Assembly (NCBI RefSeq): GCF_001194135.2
Contig: NC_068989.1
Span: 55,371,249-55,423,040 of the forward strand
From: Octopus bimaculoides
Lineage: Eukaryota
Direction: 5' to 3'
Length of the DNA: 51,792 bases
The notes under the pieces were generated by a model, which saw nothing but the letters and a program-made list of their open reading frames with translations, was not told the origin of the DNA and made no database searches. The number at the start of each line of letters is the position of its first letter. Positions within the stretch are counted from its first letter, which is position 1. A program made the translations under genes and the position numbers. Positions 50,487-51,792 of the stretch are shown here, piece after piece.

Positions 50487-50616
50487 TTCTTCTTCCCCGA
50501 GATGAGAGAAGTTATCAAGACTCCGACGATGAAGAATGGCTTTGTCTCGTATTATCCGATTTATGGAGCTTATGCTAGGAATATTCTTTTCTGTGCATAC
50601 TTGGTCTTCAAGAAGT
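50487..50616 (-). CDS. Pax-beta: Pax transcription factor, internal exon encoding the C-terminal end of the Paired domain (likely Pax-beta)
   Basis: Translates as (R)LLEDQVCTEKNIPSISSINRIIRDKAILHRRSLDNFSHLGEEE, matching the Paired-domain end consensus (RLL.E.VC....PS(V/I)SSINRI(I/L)R). Acceptor ttttgtttatttgcAG at 50617-50618 (phase 2) and donor GTgaga at 50486-50485 (phase 0). Upstream Paired exons are not in the window. Confidence 0.9.
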
Positions 50617-51487
50617 CTGCAAATAAACAAAAGAATGTTTAAAACCAATCTATTCCACAGAGGAAACAAAGATATTTGTAATCTGACACAAATGTGCACT
50701 AAAATTATGGAACCATATTCCTACCACCACCATCACCACCATACTGCCAGTTGTAGTAGTAGTAAGAGGAGGGCAACCATCATCATCACCACCACCACAG
50801 TTAATGCTCACAGCATTTGTCTCCCTGTATCGCATCAACCAGACATATATTCTTGAAACAGTCTTCTTGTCCAGCTGTCATTCCAATTATGCTGATGTTG
50901 AAAATCCCAATGTCTTCCCAAGTTTACTAATTATTCCAGTATAAGGCGACCTTGTGGAATAATATCATTTCCACCACTGACTTGTAACTTCCCAACACAT
51001 AGATGAAACAAGATGACCTTAACCATATTGTCCTCAGGCTAGAGGCTTGTCCTTCCACATGAATACATCAAGAGAAATTTGTCATAAACAGGATAAAAAT
51101 CACATTAAAATCAGATTCTCAGTTACGTTAAACTGCTAGAAAATACTAGCTTCGGTGACAGTTTCAACCTGTATTGGAAGTTGGGTGTCAATTTCTTGCC
51201 ACTAAATATATATATATTGTAGTAGCTCATGAAGGTCATTATGCCAATAATACACACACAGACAGAGCATGAAACCCAGATATTCCACTTTATAAACTAC
51301 GTAATACATAAAGCGAAAGTTAAATACAAAAAATGATTTAGTTCTACTATGAAAATAATTTTAGGAAATTCCTACACACACACACATATATATATATGTA
51401 TATATATATACACACACACACACACACATATATACATATATACACACATATATACATATACACATATACACATGTAATATATACACA

Positions 51488-51792
51488 CATTGAGAGAAAA
51501 GCTGAACATTAGAAGCATCAGTTGTGGCGAGCAAGAGAGACGATTGCGCTGGTATGGACATGTGGTGAGAATGGAGGAGGATAGCTGCGTGAAAAAGTGC
51601 CACACCCTAACAGTTGAGGGAACCCGTGGAAGAGGTAGGCCCAGGAAGACCTGGGCTGAGGTGGTGAGGCAAGACCTTCGTACATTGGGCCTCACCGAGG
51701 CGATGACTACTGACCGAGACCTTTGGAAATGTGCTGTGCGTGAGAAGACCCGGCAAGCCAAGTAAGATCGTTGCCAGTGCCCCTGGACTGGC
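51488..51792 (+). mobile_element. 5'-truncated RTE-clade LINE 3' end (in an upstream Pax intron, antisense)
   Basis: ERRLRWYGHVVRM...VEGTRGRGRPRKTW...DRDLWK...* is the canonical RTE ORF C-terminus; it runs off the window edge. Confidence 0.9.

Noticed and set aside
50617-51480. Search for the preceding Paired-domain exon (…FAWEIR)
   Set aside because: No matching coding sequence was found; the upstream exons must lie beyond the window.

Overview
AT-rich, microsatellite-laden eukaryotic genomic DNA from a gapped draft assembly. There are ten N-gaps: 814-1208, 10238-10635, 14246-14939, 17289-17362, 18422-19083, 20575-20631, 23941-24004, 39371-39909, 45099-45108 and 46208-46926. The SINE families and (TA)n/(CA)n load look like Octopus; this is an inference. 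The only host protein-coding gene I can support is on the minus strand at the right end. It consists of a 130-nt exon encoding the C-terminal helix of a Paired domain (50487-50616), spliced in frame to a ~2.1-kb terminal coding exon (47682-49757). That exon carries YDYSLPDRGL and two PxDLS motifs and has no homeodomain, which fits the lophotrochozoan Pax-beta subfamily; its upstream exons lie outside the window. The left ~28 kb is a graveyard of nested transposons: Penelope-like, L1/Tx1, RTE, CR1-like, several Tc1/mariner families, a possible hAT, Helentron-like non-autonomous elements and three SINE families. From ~29 kb to the gene the sequence is TE-poor, purine-skewed and CpG-depleted. Notable structures are two long fold-back palindromes, a 75-bp repeat unit interleaved with microsatellite spacers, a template-switch hairpin and a 14-bp long-range inverted repeat. 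No CRISPR array, rRNA or true tRNA gene is seen, and almost all ORF-track entries are artefacts of gaps or microsatellites.
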